Part shown: positions 27,907 to 36,326 of the stretch, in pieces
How the letters are laid out: every line of letters starts with the position of its first letter
Position numbering within the stretch: the first letter of the stretch is position 1
Origin: Corallococcus caeni
GTDB lineage: Bacteria; Myxococcota; Myxococcia; Myxococcales; Myxococcaceae
Direction of reading: 5' to 3'
Length of the DNA: 64,000 nucleotides
NCBI RefSeq assembly: GCF_036245865.1
Contig: NZ_BTTW01000008.1
Span: 224,396 to 288,395, forward strand
Program-made: the position numbers and the translations under genes
The notes under the pieces: model-generated
What the model saw: the letters and a program-made list of their open reading frames with translations, nothing else
Told to the model about the DNA's origin: nothing
Database searches by the model: none

Positions 27907-28860
27907 ATGTCACACGTCCGTTGGGAAGACCTGCTGGAGGAGGACGCCGCCGAGGCCGCCGGCAACGCGGGCGCGTCCGCTCCGGTTCCGGGAGCGGGGG
28001 CATCCGCCGCGGCGTCCGTGGTGCCCTCCCTTGAGCAGGTGGCCGCCAGCGACCCGGCGTTGGCGGAGCTGCTGAAGGAGCGCCGGCAGCTCGAAGACAC
28101 GATGAAGGCGCTGAGCGGCGTGCAGGAGGCGCCCGTCGACGAGCGGCTGGCGAAGCAGTTCCCCGTCGTCCAGCACACGCCGGAGTCGCGCATCGCGGAG
28201 CGCAAGCAGCACGAGCGGGACACCGCGCGGCGGCTGCTGGAGCAGAAGCTGTACGCCCGGCGCCGGACGGAGGCGGAGGAGGCGGAGCGGGTGGAGCAGC
28301 TGCGCCGCGAGCGCCTGGAGGCGGGCAAGGCGGGCCGGCGCAAGGCGCAGCGGCAGCAGACGCTGCGCCAGCAGTGGGCGACCAAGGCACGCGAGCGCGC
28401 GAAGCTCGCGACGCGGCTGGCGGAGCGCGTCCTGGAGACTCCGGGCAGGGGCCGCATGAAGCTCGGAGACGTGGGCTCCGCGACGAGGGACGCGGCCCGG
28501 CGGCTGTCGCACGCGGCGGAGGAGGCGCGCTCCGCGGCGCGCAAGCCGATGTCGCTGGTGAAGGGCCAGGCGCTGCCCTCCCTGGGAAACCTGGGACGGC
28601 GCGGCGGGCTCCAGGTTGGGAAGGTGGAGAAGGGGGTGGCGGTGGCGCGCGAGCTGTGGGGCATGAACCCCCGCTCGCTGGACACCGAGGCCCTGATGAT
28701 GCGCGGGCTGGCGATGGCCGGCATGGACATGGAGTCCATGGAGCAGCGGATGGACATGGAGATGGAGCGCGCCGGCATGGGCATGGACGACATGGACGCG
28801 CGCGACACGGCACGTGACGCGCAGCGGGCTCGCGGGCGCCAGGGAGCGCGGGATGAGTGA
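27907..28860 (+). CDS. Charged coiled-coil protein (Glu/Arg/Ala-rich) with Met-rich C-terminal tail
   Basis: Long heptad-like charged helix (KLYARRRTEAEEAERVEQLRRERLEAGKAGRRKAQRQQTLRQQWATKARERAKLATRLAERV). The C-terminus reads GLAMAGMDMESMEQRMDMEMERAGMGMDDMDARD (MxM motifs). Confidence 0.65.
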   Translation: MSHVRWEDLLEEDAAEAAGNAGASAPVPGAGASAAASVVPSLEQVAASDPALAELLKERRQLEDTMKALSGVQEAPVDERLAKQFPVVQHTPESRIAERKQHERDTARRLLEQKLYARRRTEAEEAERVEQLRRERLEAGKAGRRKAQRQQTLRQQWATKARERAKLATRLAERVLETPGRGRMKLGDVGSATRDAARRLSHAAEEARSAARKPMSLVKGQALPSLGNLGRRGGLQVGKVEKGVAVARELWGMNPRSLDTEALMMRGLAMAGMDMESMEQRMDMEMERAGMGMDDMDARDTARDAQRARGRQGARDE

Positions 28861-29518
28861 CACGACACAACAGGCGCAGGAGCTGTTCGGCACCCTGGAC
28901 GAGTACCTGCTGGAGCTGGCCGACGGCCTGGCGAAGGCCCAGGAGGAGCTGGGGGGCCTCTCCGCGGCCGGCGCGCCCGGCCGCCAGTTCACCTACTACG
29001 TGCCGAAGCTGGAGTTCGAGCTGCGCATGGACCTGCGGGTGGAGACGTCCAGCACCACCTCCGGAGCGCCGGTCAACGCGAAGATCCTGAAGATGCGGCC
29101 CGTGCGGCTGGCGGACGTGGCCTCGTCGCAGACGCAGACGGAGATTGTCAGCGTGATTCGCGGCAGCTTCGTCGCGGTGCCGGCCAACGAGGGCCTCCCT
29201 CCGGTGGTGCTCGACGCCCGCTGCGTCATCGGCGCCGGGGGCGTGCCGGGCGTGGTGGTGCGCGTGCGCAACGCGGCGGGGGAAGCCCTGCCGGGCGTGG
29301 AGGTGGAGTTCAACCTGGACCGGCGGACGACGCAGTCGCTGTCCGGCGTGGCGCCGCTGGCGGGCACGGACGTGGTGCTCGCGGTGGTGCGGACGGATGC
29401 TGCGGGTGAGGCGCGCACGACGCTGCGCCTGGCGGCCGGCGAGCGGGCCCGCTTCCTGGCGATCACGGTGGACGCGGCGTCGCGGACGCTGGCGCTGTCC
29501 TGCGAGGTGAGCCCGTGA
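28853..29518 (+). CDS. Paralog E (221 aa) of the novel family with a C-terminal beta-sandwich (CarboxypepD_reg/Big-like) domain
   Basis: LDEYLLELADGLAKAQEELGG ... RQFTYYVPKLEFELRMDLRVETSS ... TEIVSVIRGSFVAVPANEGLPP. A Big-like tail follows (VVRVRNAAGEALPGVEVEFNLD). The start ATG overlaps the upstream stop (ATGAGTGA). Confidence 0.65.
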   Translation: MSDTTQQAQELFGTLDEYLLELADGLAKAQEELGGLSAAGAPGRQFTYYVPKLEFELRMDLRVETSSTTSGAPVNAKILKMRPVRLADVASSQTQTEIVSVIRGSFVAVPANEGLPPVVLDARCVIGAGGVPGVVVRVRNAAGEALPGVEVEFNLDRRTTQSLSGVAPLAGTDVVLAVVRTDAAGEARTTLRLAAGERARFLAITVDAASRTLALSCEVSP

Positions 29519-30249
29519 AGGTCCGGGCCGTGTTCCTCAAGTCCACCGGAGTGCCCGCCGGCGGCATGAAGGTGGCGTGGTGGGTCCCGGCGAAGGCGGG
29601 GACGTTCGAGCTGCGCGACACCGGGGTGACGAACGCGGAGGGCGTGCTGGAGCTGGAGGTCAGCAGCGCCACCTTCGGCTCACACCTGCGGCTGGACTCC
29701 GCCGGGGTGGCCACCTTCCCGGTGAAGATGAGCAGCACCCTCATCGACTACGGGACGCTGGTGCTCCTGGAGCCCGCGCGCGAGGGCATCCGCGCCGTGT
29801 CTTCCGGCGCGATTCGGTCCGCCGTTACGGAGCCCACCCAGGAGACGGCCACGCCGCTCGTGCTCTCCGATCGCCTGAAGACGGCGGGGCAGCAGATCGA
29901 GTCGGTGCGCGCGTCGCTGACGACGGTGCGGCTGAGCACCGTCCGCGTGCGGTGGACCGAGACGACCCCCGATGGCGTGACTGAGGCGGAGGCGCAGTTC
30001 GTCGAGCAGTCTCCCACCGCGCCCGCGACGGGCGACGCGCCCGCTCGCGAGGTGCCGGACTTCCGGGGGCTGACGGCCTCGGCGGCCCGCCGGCGCGCGG
30101 CGGAGGCGGGGGTCCGGGTGGGGCTGGCGCCCGTCTTCGTCAAGGAGGCCGGCCAGTACGGCCGCGTGCTGCGGCAGGTGCCGGAGTCCGGCGCCATTCA
30201 GGCCTCGGCTTCCGTGCAGTTGTTCATCGGCCAGGCAATGGAGGGCTGA
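29515..30249 (+). CDS. Beta-sandwich (CarboxypepD_reg-like) plus C-terminal PASTA-domain protein
   Basis: N-terminal KVRAVFLKSTGVPAGGMKVAWWVPAKAGTFELRDTGVTNAEGVLELEV. C-terminal PASTA-like REVPDFRGLTASAARRRAAEAGVRVGLAPVFVKEAGQYGRVLRQVPESGAIQASASVQLFIGQA. The GTG start overlaps the upstream stop (GTGA). Confidence 0.65.
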   Translation: MKVRAVFLKSTGVPAGGMKVAWWVPAKAGTFELRDTGVTNAEGVLELEVSSATFGSHLRLDSAGVATFPVKMSSTLIDYGTLVLLEPAREGIRAVSSGAIRSAVTEPTQETATPLVLSDRLKTAGQQIESVRASLTTVRLSTVRVRWTETTPDGVTEAEAQFVEQSPTAPATGDAPAREVPDFRGLTASAARRRAAEAGVRVGLAPVFVKEAGQYGRVLRQVPESGAIQASASVQLFIGQAMEG

Positions 30250-30252
30250 ACC

Positions 30253-30921
30253 ATGGCGGATTCGAATGACGTCCCCCAGTTGGAGGCACTGAGCGCACCG
30301 CTGGGCGCGTTGATCTCCGCGGTGGGCCGCGGCGTGGCGGAGGCCCAGCGGGAGCTGGATGCGGAGACCATCGAGCGGATCCGCGAGCTCTACGCCTCGG
30401 ACGAGGACCTGGCGGTGGAGCTGCAGCGCATCGGCTACCGGCCGACCTGGTACCACATCCCCGAGGCCGAGGCGGAGATCGCCGTGGCGCTGTCCATCAC
30501 CTCGGAGGAGCGCTCGGAGGGGAGGACGCGGCTGAAGATGTACGGCGCGCCCCTGGACGCCAGCTACACCAACCGCTTCGCCTACAGCCTGACGGCGCAG
30601 TCGCGGCTGAAGTTCCGCGTGGTGCCGGTGCCGCCCTCGCCCCAGGCGGAGGCGCTGGTGGTGGTGCCGGCGGTGGTGGGCAGGACGGTGGCCGACGCGC
30701 GGGCGCTGCTGTCCGCCATCGGCGTGCCGCACCGGTTCCCCAACGGCGCGGCGGACGCCGCGGTGGTCACCTCGGCCTCGGTCGGGCCGGGGGCGCTGCT
30801 GCCGCGCGGCACGGAGCTGGTGCTCACCGTGCAAGCGACCGGGGGAGGGAAGCTGCCTCCCACCAGCACGCCCACCCGCTCGCCGGTCCTGGAGCCCTCG
30901 ACGGCGGGGACGTTGAAGTGA
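30253..30921 (+). CDS. Paralog F (222 aa) of the novel family with a C-terminal PASTA-like domain
   Basis: LGALISAVGRGVAEAQRELDAETIERI ... IGYRPTWYHIPEAEAEIAVALSITSEE ... DASYTNRFAYSLTAQSRLKFRVVPVPPSPQAE. A PASTA-like domain follows (VVPAVVGRTVADARALLSAIGVPHRF...GTELVLTVQ). Confidence 0.7.
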   Translation: MADSNDVPQLEALSAPLGALISAVGRGVAEAQRELDAETIERIRELYASDEDLAVELQRIGYRPTWYHIPEAEAEIAVALSITSEERSEGRTRLKMYGAPLDASYTNRFAYSLTAQSRLKFRVVPVPPSPQAEALVVVPAVVGRTVADARALLSAIGVPHRFPNGAADAAVVTSASVGPGALLPRGTELVLTVQATGGGKLPPTSTPTRSPVLEPSTAGTLK

Positions 30922-30958
30922 GCCGGCGCTCCACTCCGCGGAGGGGTCTTCTGGCGCG

Positions 30959-31375
30959 ATGAGCGACGCCCTCGACTTGGATGCCCTGCTGGTGGACCTG
31001 CGTGAGTCGCTCGCGCGGGTCCACGCGCGGCTCGGGGCCGGCCCTTTCGTGCTGGGGCCGGTGGAGCTGGAGCTGCGCGGGCAGGTTACCGCGAGCGGGA
31101 CGGGCATGCGGTTCACGCCCGGGGGCTCCGGCGAGGTGCGGGCCGTCTTCGTCCAGACGGGCCCCGAGGCGGCGCCACCCACCGCGCCGGAGTTGCTGGG
31201 ACTGACGCGGAGTGCCGCCGTGCGCAGGGCGCGCCTGGCCGGCGCCTCGCTGGAGGTGACGGACGTGCCCTGCTTGTCGCCGGAGCAGGCCGGACGGGTG
31301 TGCTGGCAGCGCCCCGCGGCGGGCGGGCCCCTGCGGGAGGGCCGCATGTCCGTGGGACTCTACGTCTCCCGGTGA
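30959..31375 (+). CDS. Small PASTA-domain protein (138 aa)
   Basis: The C-terminus ELLGLTRSAAVRRARLAGASLEVTDVPCLSPEQAGRVCWQRPAAGGPLREGRMSVGLYVS matches the PASTA pattern. No signal peptide. Confidence 0.6.
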   Translation: MSDALDLDALLVDLRESLARVHARLGAGPFVLGPVELELRGQVTASGTGMRFTPGGSGEVRAVFVQTGPEAAPPTAPELLGLTRSAAVRRARLAGASLEVTDVPCLSPEQAGRVCWQRPAAGGPLREGRMSVGLYVSR

Positions 31376-31481
31376 GCGCGGCCCCTGAACGCCGGGACGG
31401 TGGTCGCGTCCGAACACCTTGAGGCCGCCGCCGCGCGATTTTTCACGGTGGCCCCAGCGCCAACCCCTAGAGTCGGGCCCG

Positions 31482-34043
31482 ATGAGTGCCTCCGCCGACA
31501 CCCGCGCCCCGCTCGCCGCCCTGCTGCCGAAGCCCGGCGAGCCCCCTCTCGATGCCGACGAGATCCTCAACCGCTTCGTGAGCTACGTCGCCACGAATGG
31601 CCTGAGCCTGTACTCCGCCCAGGAGGAGGCCATCCTGGAGCTCTTGAGCGACAAGCACCTGTTCCTCAAGACGCCCACGGGCTCCGGCAAGTCGCTGGTG
31701 GCCATGGCGCTCCACTTCAAGGCCATGGCCGAGGGCAAGGTGTCGTTCTACACGTGCCCCATCAAGGCGCTGGTGAACGAGAAGTTCTTCGCGCTCTCCA
31801 AGGCGTTCGGCCCGGAGAACGTGGGCATGCTCACGGGCGACGCGTCCATCAACCGCGAGGCGCCCATCCTCTGCTGCACGGCGGAGATTTTGTCGAACCT
31901 CGCGCTGCGCGACGCCTCCGCGCGCGTGGACGCGGTGGTGATGGACGAGTTCCACTACTACTCCGACAAGGACCGCGGAGTGGCCTGGCAGATTCCGCTG
32001 CTGGCGCTGCCGAAGACGCAGTTCCTGCTGATGTCCGCCACGCTGGGCGACACGCACGTCATCGAGCAGAGCCTGGAGAAGCTCACCGGCCGCGAGGTGG
32101 CCACGGTGCGCAGCTCCGAGCGCCCCGTGCCGCTGGACTTCGACTACCGCGAGGTGCCGCTGCACGAGACCATCCAGGACCTCATCGCGCGCGGGAAGTA
32201 CCCCGTGTACCTGGTGAACTTCACGCAGCGGGCCGCGGCCGAGCAGGCGCAAAACCTGATGTCCGTGGACTTCAACACCAAGGAGGAGAAGGAGGAGATC
32301 CGCCAGGCCCTCCTGGACGCCCCCTTCGACACGCCCTACGGCAAGGACTTCCAGCGCTACCTGCGCCACGGCATCGGCATGCACCACGCGGGCCTCTTGC
32401 CCAAGTACCGGCTGCTGGTGGAGAAGCTGGCGCAGCAGGGCCTGCTCAAGGTCATCAGCGGCACGGACACGCTGGGCGTGGGCGTGAACATCCCCATCCG
32501 CACGGTGCTCTTCACGCAGCTGTTCAAGTTCAACGGCGAGAAGCTGGCGACCTTGAGCGTGCGCGACTTCAAGCAGATCGCCGGCCGCGCGGGCCGCAAG
32601 GGCTTCGACACCGAGGGCAGCGTGGTGGCGCAGGCCCCGGAGTACATGATCGAGAACATCCGCCAGGCGGCGAAGGAGGCCGCGGGCAAGAAGAAGTCTC
32701 CCAAGGCGAAGCCGCCGCAGAAGGGCTTCGTGCAGTACGACAAGAGCACCTTCGAGCGGCTCCAGAACGGACTGCCGGAGCCGCTGGAGTCGCGCTTCGA
32801 CGTGAGCCACGGCCTCCTGCTCAACCTGCTCCAGAGCGACAAGACCGAGGGCAGCGGCGGCTACAAGCGGCTGGTGCAGTTGGTGATGCGCTCGCACAGC
32901 TCCGACTACACGAAGAAGAAGCTGCTCAAGGACGCGGCGATGTACTTCCGCACGCTGCGCGACGCGGGCATCGTGAAGGTCGTCCAGTGGGAGAAGCACT
33001 CCGCCACGGTGGAGGTGTCCGAGGACCTGCAGCGCGACTTCAGCCTCAACCACACGCTGTCCCTGTACCTGCACGAGACGCTGGAGCTGCTGGACCCCAC
33101 GCTGGAGACGTACGCGCTGGACGTCGTCACGCTGGTGGAGTCCATCCTGGAGAACCCGGACGTGGTGCTGTACGCGCAGCTGCACCAGTTGAAGGGGGAG
33201 AAGATCCAGGAGATGAAGGCGCGGGGCGTGGAGTACGACGACCGCATGGAGGAGCTGGAGAAGCTGGAGTGGCCCAAGCCGAACCGCGAGTTCGTCTATG
33301 GCACCTTCAACGCCTTCGCCAAGAAGCACCCGTGGGTGGGCGAGGAGAACATCCGGCCCAAGTCCATCGTCCGGGACATGTTCGAGCGCTTCATGTCCTT
33401 CCACGACTACGTGCGCGAGTACGGCCTGCAGCGCAGCGAGGGCGTGCTCCTTCGCTACGTGGGAGACGTCTACAAGTCGCTGGTGCAGACGGTGCCGGAG
33501 AAGTTCCGCAACGAGGACCTGGACGACATCATCGACCACCTGCGCGCGACGCTGCGGCAGGTGGACTCCAGCCTCCTGGACGAGTGGGAGCGGATGCGCA
33601 ACCCGGAGGCCCCGGTCGAAGTGAAGCCGGTGGTGGACCTCAAGCCCAAGGAGCTCACGGAGGACCCCAAGGCCTTCGCCGCGCGCGTGCGCGAGGAGCT
33701 GCACCGGCTGCTGCGCGCGCTGGGCCAGCGCCGCTATCTGGACGCGCTGGGCATGCTGGACAACGCGCTGGGCGAGTGGACCGCGCCGAAGCTGGAGCAG
33801 GCCATGGCGCCGTACTTCGAGGAGCACAAGCTGGTGGTGCTCACGCCCCAGGCGCGCAAGCCGGCGAACACACAGCTCAAGGAGGCGGGCACGCGTCAGT
33901 GGGAGGCCCAGCAGCGCATCATGGACCCCGAGGGCCATGGGGACTGGGTCATCGACTGCGAGATCGACCTGCGCGGCCGGCGCATGGACGACGGCCCCAT
34001 CCTGATGCTGCGCCGCATTGGCGGCATGGCCGCCTGGTCGTAG
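31482..34043 (+). CDS. DEAD/DEAH-box helicase with a C-terminal DUF3516-type extension
   Basis: Walker A (KTPTGSGKSLVA), DEAH-like DEFH box (VVMDEFHYY), SAT (LMSATLG), and motif VI (QIAGRAGRKGFD). A long C-terminal helical region follows. It lies 106 nt downstream of the paralog operon on the same strand. The start was trimmed to the ATG at 31482. Confidence 0.9.
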   Translation: MSASADTRAPLAALLPKPGEPPLDADEILNRFVSYVATNGLSLYSAQEEAILELLSDKHLFLKTPTGSGKSLVAMALHFKAMAEGKVSFYTCPIKALVNEKFFALSKAFGPENVGMLTGDASINREAPILCCTAEILSNLALRDASARVDAVVMDEFHYYSDKDRGVAWQIPLLALPKTQFLLMSATLGDTHVIEQSLEKLTGREVATVRSSERPVPLDFDYREVPLHETIQDLIARGKYPVYLVNFTQRAAAEQAQNLMSVDFNTKEEKEEIRQALLDAPFDTPYGKDFQRYLRHGIGMHHAGLLPKYRLLVEKLAQQGLLKVISGTDTLGVGVNIPIRTVLFTQLFKFNGEKLATLSVRDFKQIAGRAGRKGFDTEGSVVAQAPEYMIENIRQAAKEAAGKKKSPKAKPPQKGFVQYDKSTFERLQNGLPEPLESRFDVSHGLLLNLLQSDKTEGSGGYKRLVQLVMRSHSSDYTKKKLLKDAAMYFRTLRDAGIVKVVQWEKHSATVEVSEDLQRDFSLNHTLSLYLHETLELLDPTLETYALDVVTLVESILENPDVVLYAQLHQLKGEKIQEMKARGVEYDDRMEELEKLEWPKPNREFVYGTFNAFAKKHPWVGEENIRPKSIVRDMFERFMSFHDYVREYGLQRSEGVLLRYVGDVYKSLVQTVPEKFRNEDLDDIIDHLRATLRQVDSSLLDEWERMRNPEAPVEVKPVVDLKPKELTEDPKAFAARVREELHRLLRALGQRRYLDALGMLDNALGEWTAPKLEQAMAPYFEEHKLVVLTPQARKPANTQLKEAGTRQWEAQQRIMDPEGHGDWVIDCEIDLRGRRMDDGPILMLRRIGGMAAWS

Positions 34044-34046
34044 GCC

Positions 34047-34341
34047 TCAGACGGGAGGTGGCTTGGAGGCTCCGGAGCCTTGGGCCGCCTCGCGCACCGT
34101 GCGGGCGGCGACCTCCACCTCTTCGAGGATGCGGCGCGCGTGCTGGAGCAGGGCCTCGCCGGTAGGCAGCAGGCGCATGCCCTTGGGGACGCGCTCGAAG
34201 AGGGGCGTGCCCAGCTCGTCCTCCAGCGCGAGGATGTGACGGCTGAGCGGCGGCTGGGTGAGGTGCAGCCGGCGCGCGGCCCGGCCCACGTGGCCCTCTT
34301 CCGCCACCGCGACGAAGGACTGGAGGTGCGTGATGCTCACG
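34047..34341 (-). CDS. LysR-type HTH domain only (about 98 aa), either a truncated remnant or a standalone HTH protein
   Basis: VSITHLQSFVAVAEEGHVGRAARRLHLTQPPLSRHILALEDELGTPLFERVPKGMRLLPTGEALLQHARRILE, then a stop 4 nt from the helicase stop. No substrate-binding domain in any frame downstream. GTG start. Divergent from map. Confidence 0.4.
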
Positions 34342-34431
34342 CGCGTGAGGCTAGCGCGAGACGCGCGCGCCGTGCACGCGCCCGCGTGATGCCAGAACAG
34401 CATTGGACGTTCCGGAAGGGCGGGTGCCACC

Positions 34432-35232
34432 TTGCCCGGCATGGGCATTCCCCTCTTCAAGGGCAGTGAAGTGGAGCGGTTGCGGCTCGCGGGCCGCGCG
34501 GCGGCGGGCACGTTGGAGCACGTGGCCTCCCGGCTGCGGCCGGGCGTGACGACGGCGGACATCGATTCTTGGGTTCGCGAGGACACGGCGCGGCGCGGCG
34601 GCACGCCCAGCCAGCTGGGATACAAGGGCTTCCCCTCCACGGTGTGCACCAGCCGCAACCAGGTGGTGTGCCATGGCATCCCGCGCGTGGATGAAGTGCT
34701 GAAGCCCGGGGACATCCTCAACGTGGACGTGACGACGCACCTGGACGGCTTCCACGGCGACACGTCCGCCACGTTCATGATTGGCGAGGTGTCCGCCGAT
34801 GCCCGGCACGTGGTGGACGTGGCGCGGCGGTGCCGGGACGTGGGCGTGTCGGTGGTGCGGCACGGCGCGCGGCTGGGGGACATTGGCGCGGCGGTCATGG
34901 CGCTGGCGAAGGCGGAAGGGTGCAGCATCGTGGAGGAGTTCGGCGGCCACGGCATCGGCCGGCAGATGCACGGGGAGCCGCACGTGCCGCACATGGCGAA
35001 GGCGGGCACGGGCATCACGCTGAAGTCGGGGATGGTCATCACCATCGAGCCCATGGTGAACCTGGGGCGCCCGGAGATCCGGATGATGCCGGACGGGTGG
35101 ACCGTCGTGACCGCGGACGGCAGCCTGTCCGCCCAGTTCGAACACACCGTGCTCGTCACCCGCGACGGCTGTGAAGTCCTCACTCCGAGCGAGCTGTCCC
35201 TGCACATCTCCGGGAGCCATCCAGAAAGCTGA
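34432..35232 (+). CDS. map: Type I methionine aminopeptidase
   Basis: ASRLRPGVTTADIDSWV ... VCHGIP ... DILNVDVTTHLDGFHGDTSATF ... EEFGGHGIG ... ITIEPM ... FEHTVLVT, carrying the M24A metal-ligand motifs. Confidence 0.9.
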   Translation: MPGMGIPLFKGSEVERLRLAGRAAAGTLEHVASRLRPGVTTADIDSWVREDTARRGGTPSQLGYKGFPSTVCTSRNQVVCHGIPRVDEVLKPGDILNVDVTTHLDGFHGDTSATFMIGEVSADARHVVDVARRCRDVGVSVVRHGARLGDIGAAVMALAKAEGCSIVEEFGGHGIGRQMHGEPHVPHMAKAGTGITLKSGMVITIEPMVNLGRPEIRMMPDGWTVVTADGSLSAQFEHTVLVTRDGCEVLTPSELSLHISGSHPES

Positions 35233-35277
35233 TAGCCCATCGCTTCTGCCATCTGGTGTCCGGAGGCCGCCAGGGGC

Positions 35278-36270
35278 ATGTCCTGGCGCATGGAAACGCC
35301 TCCGCTGGCCCCTGTCGCCCGGTCCCGGTCGTGGACGCCCGGGCACGTCCTCCTGCCGCTGGGCGCGGCGGTGTGCCTGCTTCCCGTTGTCTCCACGGGC
35401 CTGGCGCTGCTCGCGGGGCTGGGCGTCGCCATGACGGTGGGCAATCCGTTCGTCGCGACGACGCGCAAGCTGACGCCCCGGCTGTTGTCCCTGGCGGTGG
35501 TGGGGTTGGGCGCGGGCATGGACCTGGGCGCCGTCCTCTCCGCGGGACGCGAGGGGCTGGGCTACACGGTGGTGGGCATCGCGCTGTGCCTGACGCTGGG
35601 GGTGGGGCTCGCCCGGCTGCTGGGCGTCCCCCGGGTGACGGGGCTGCTCATCAGCGTGGGCACGGCCATCTGCGGCGGGAGCGCCATCGCGGCGGTGGTG
35701 CCGGTGCTGCGGCCCCAGGAGCATGAGACGTCCGTGGCGCTGGGTACGGTGTTCCTGCTCAACGCGGTGGCGCTGGTCGTCTTCCCCGTCGTGGGCCACG
35801 CGGTGGGGCTGACGCCGCACCAGTTCGGGCTGTGGTGCGCGATGGCCATCCACGACACCAGCTCCGTGGTGGGCGCGGCGCTGCGCTACGGCCCCGAGGC
35901 CCTCGCGGTGGCCACCCCCGTGAAGCTGGCGCGCGCCCTGTGGATCCTCCCGCTGACGGTAGGCCTGGCGGCATGGAAGCGCCGTGAAGGCGATGCGGTG
36001 ACGGGCAAGGTGCGCCGGCCGTGGTTCATCGCCGGGTTCCTGGGCGCGGCCGCGGTGGTGACAGTGTTCCCGGTGCTCAAGCCGGTGGGGCAGGGCGTGG
36101 CCGCCGTCGCGCGGCAGGTGCTCGTCGTGACGCTGTTCCTGCTGGGCGCGGGGCTGACGCGCGACACGCTGCGCGCCGTGGGGCTCCGGCCGCTCGCGCA
36201 GGCGGTGGCGCTGTGGCTGCTCATGGCGGGCCTGTGCCTGGGGGCGCTGCACCTGGGCTGGGTCGGCTGA
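35278..36270 (+). CDS. YeiH/UPF0324-family membrane protein (putative sulfate exporter family)
   Basis: About 10 transmembrane segments with the characteristic LISVGTAICGGSAIAAVVPVL motif. It is convergent with a LysR (YeiE-like) regulator. Confidence 0.75.
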   Translation: MSWRMETPPLAPVARSRSWTPGHVLLPLGAAVCLLPVVSTGLALLAGLGVAMTVGNPFVATTRKLTPRLLSLAVVGLGAGMDLGAVLSAGREGLGYTVVGIALCLTLGVGLARLLGVPRVTGLLISVGTAICGGSAIAAVVPVLRPQEHETSVALGTVFLLNAVALVVFPVVGHAVGLTPHQFGLWCAMAIHDTSSVVGAALRYGPEALAVATPVKLARALWILPLTVGLAAWKRREGDAVTGKVRRPWFIAGFLGAAAVVTVFPVLKPVGQGVAAVARQVLVVTLFLLGAGLTRDTLRAVGLRPLAQAVALWLLMAGLCLGALHLGWVG

Positions 36271-36326
36271 GCCCATACGCTCAAGCCGGTGGTGCCGGGG
36301 CCACGGCCGGTCGCACCGCGAGGGCT

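Noticed and set aside
24056-31347. Long minus-strand ORFs (24056..26713, 26625..28868, 27722..28870, 27910..28992, 29680..31347) across the paralog cluster
   Set aside because: They are antisense to the plus-strand genes, whose conserved paralog motifs and tight start-stop packing mark the true coding strand. Their translations are R/G/A/P low complexity.
31400-34165. 921-aa plus-strand ORF in an alternative frame of the helicase region, and minus-strand ORF 31467..33938
   Set aside because: The frame of ORF 31419 carries complete SF2 helicase motifs. The others are frame artefacts.
34342-35519. Upstream part of the 490-aa minus-strand ORF 34047..35519
   Set aside because: It is antisense to the map gene. 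Only the terminal LysR-HTH segment of about 98 codons is credible.
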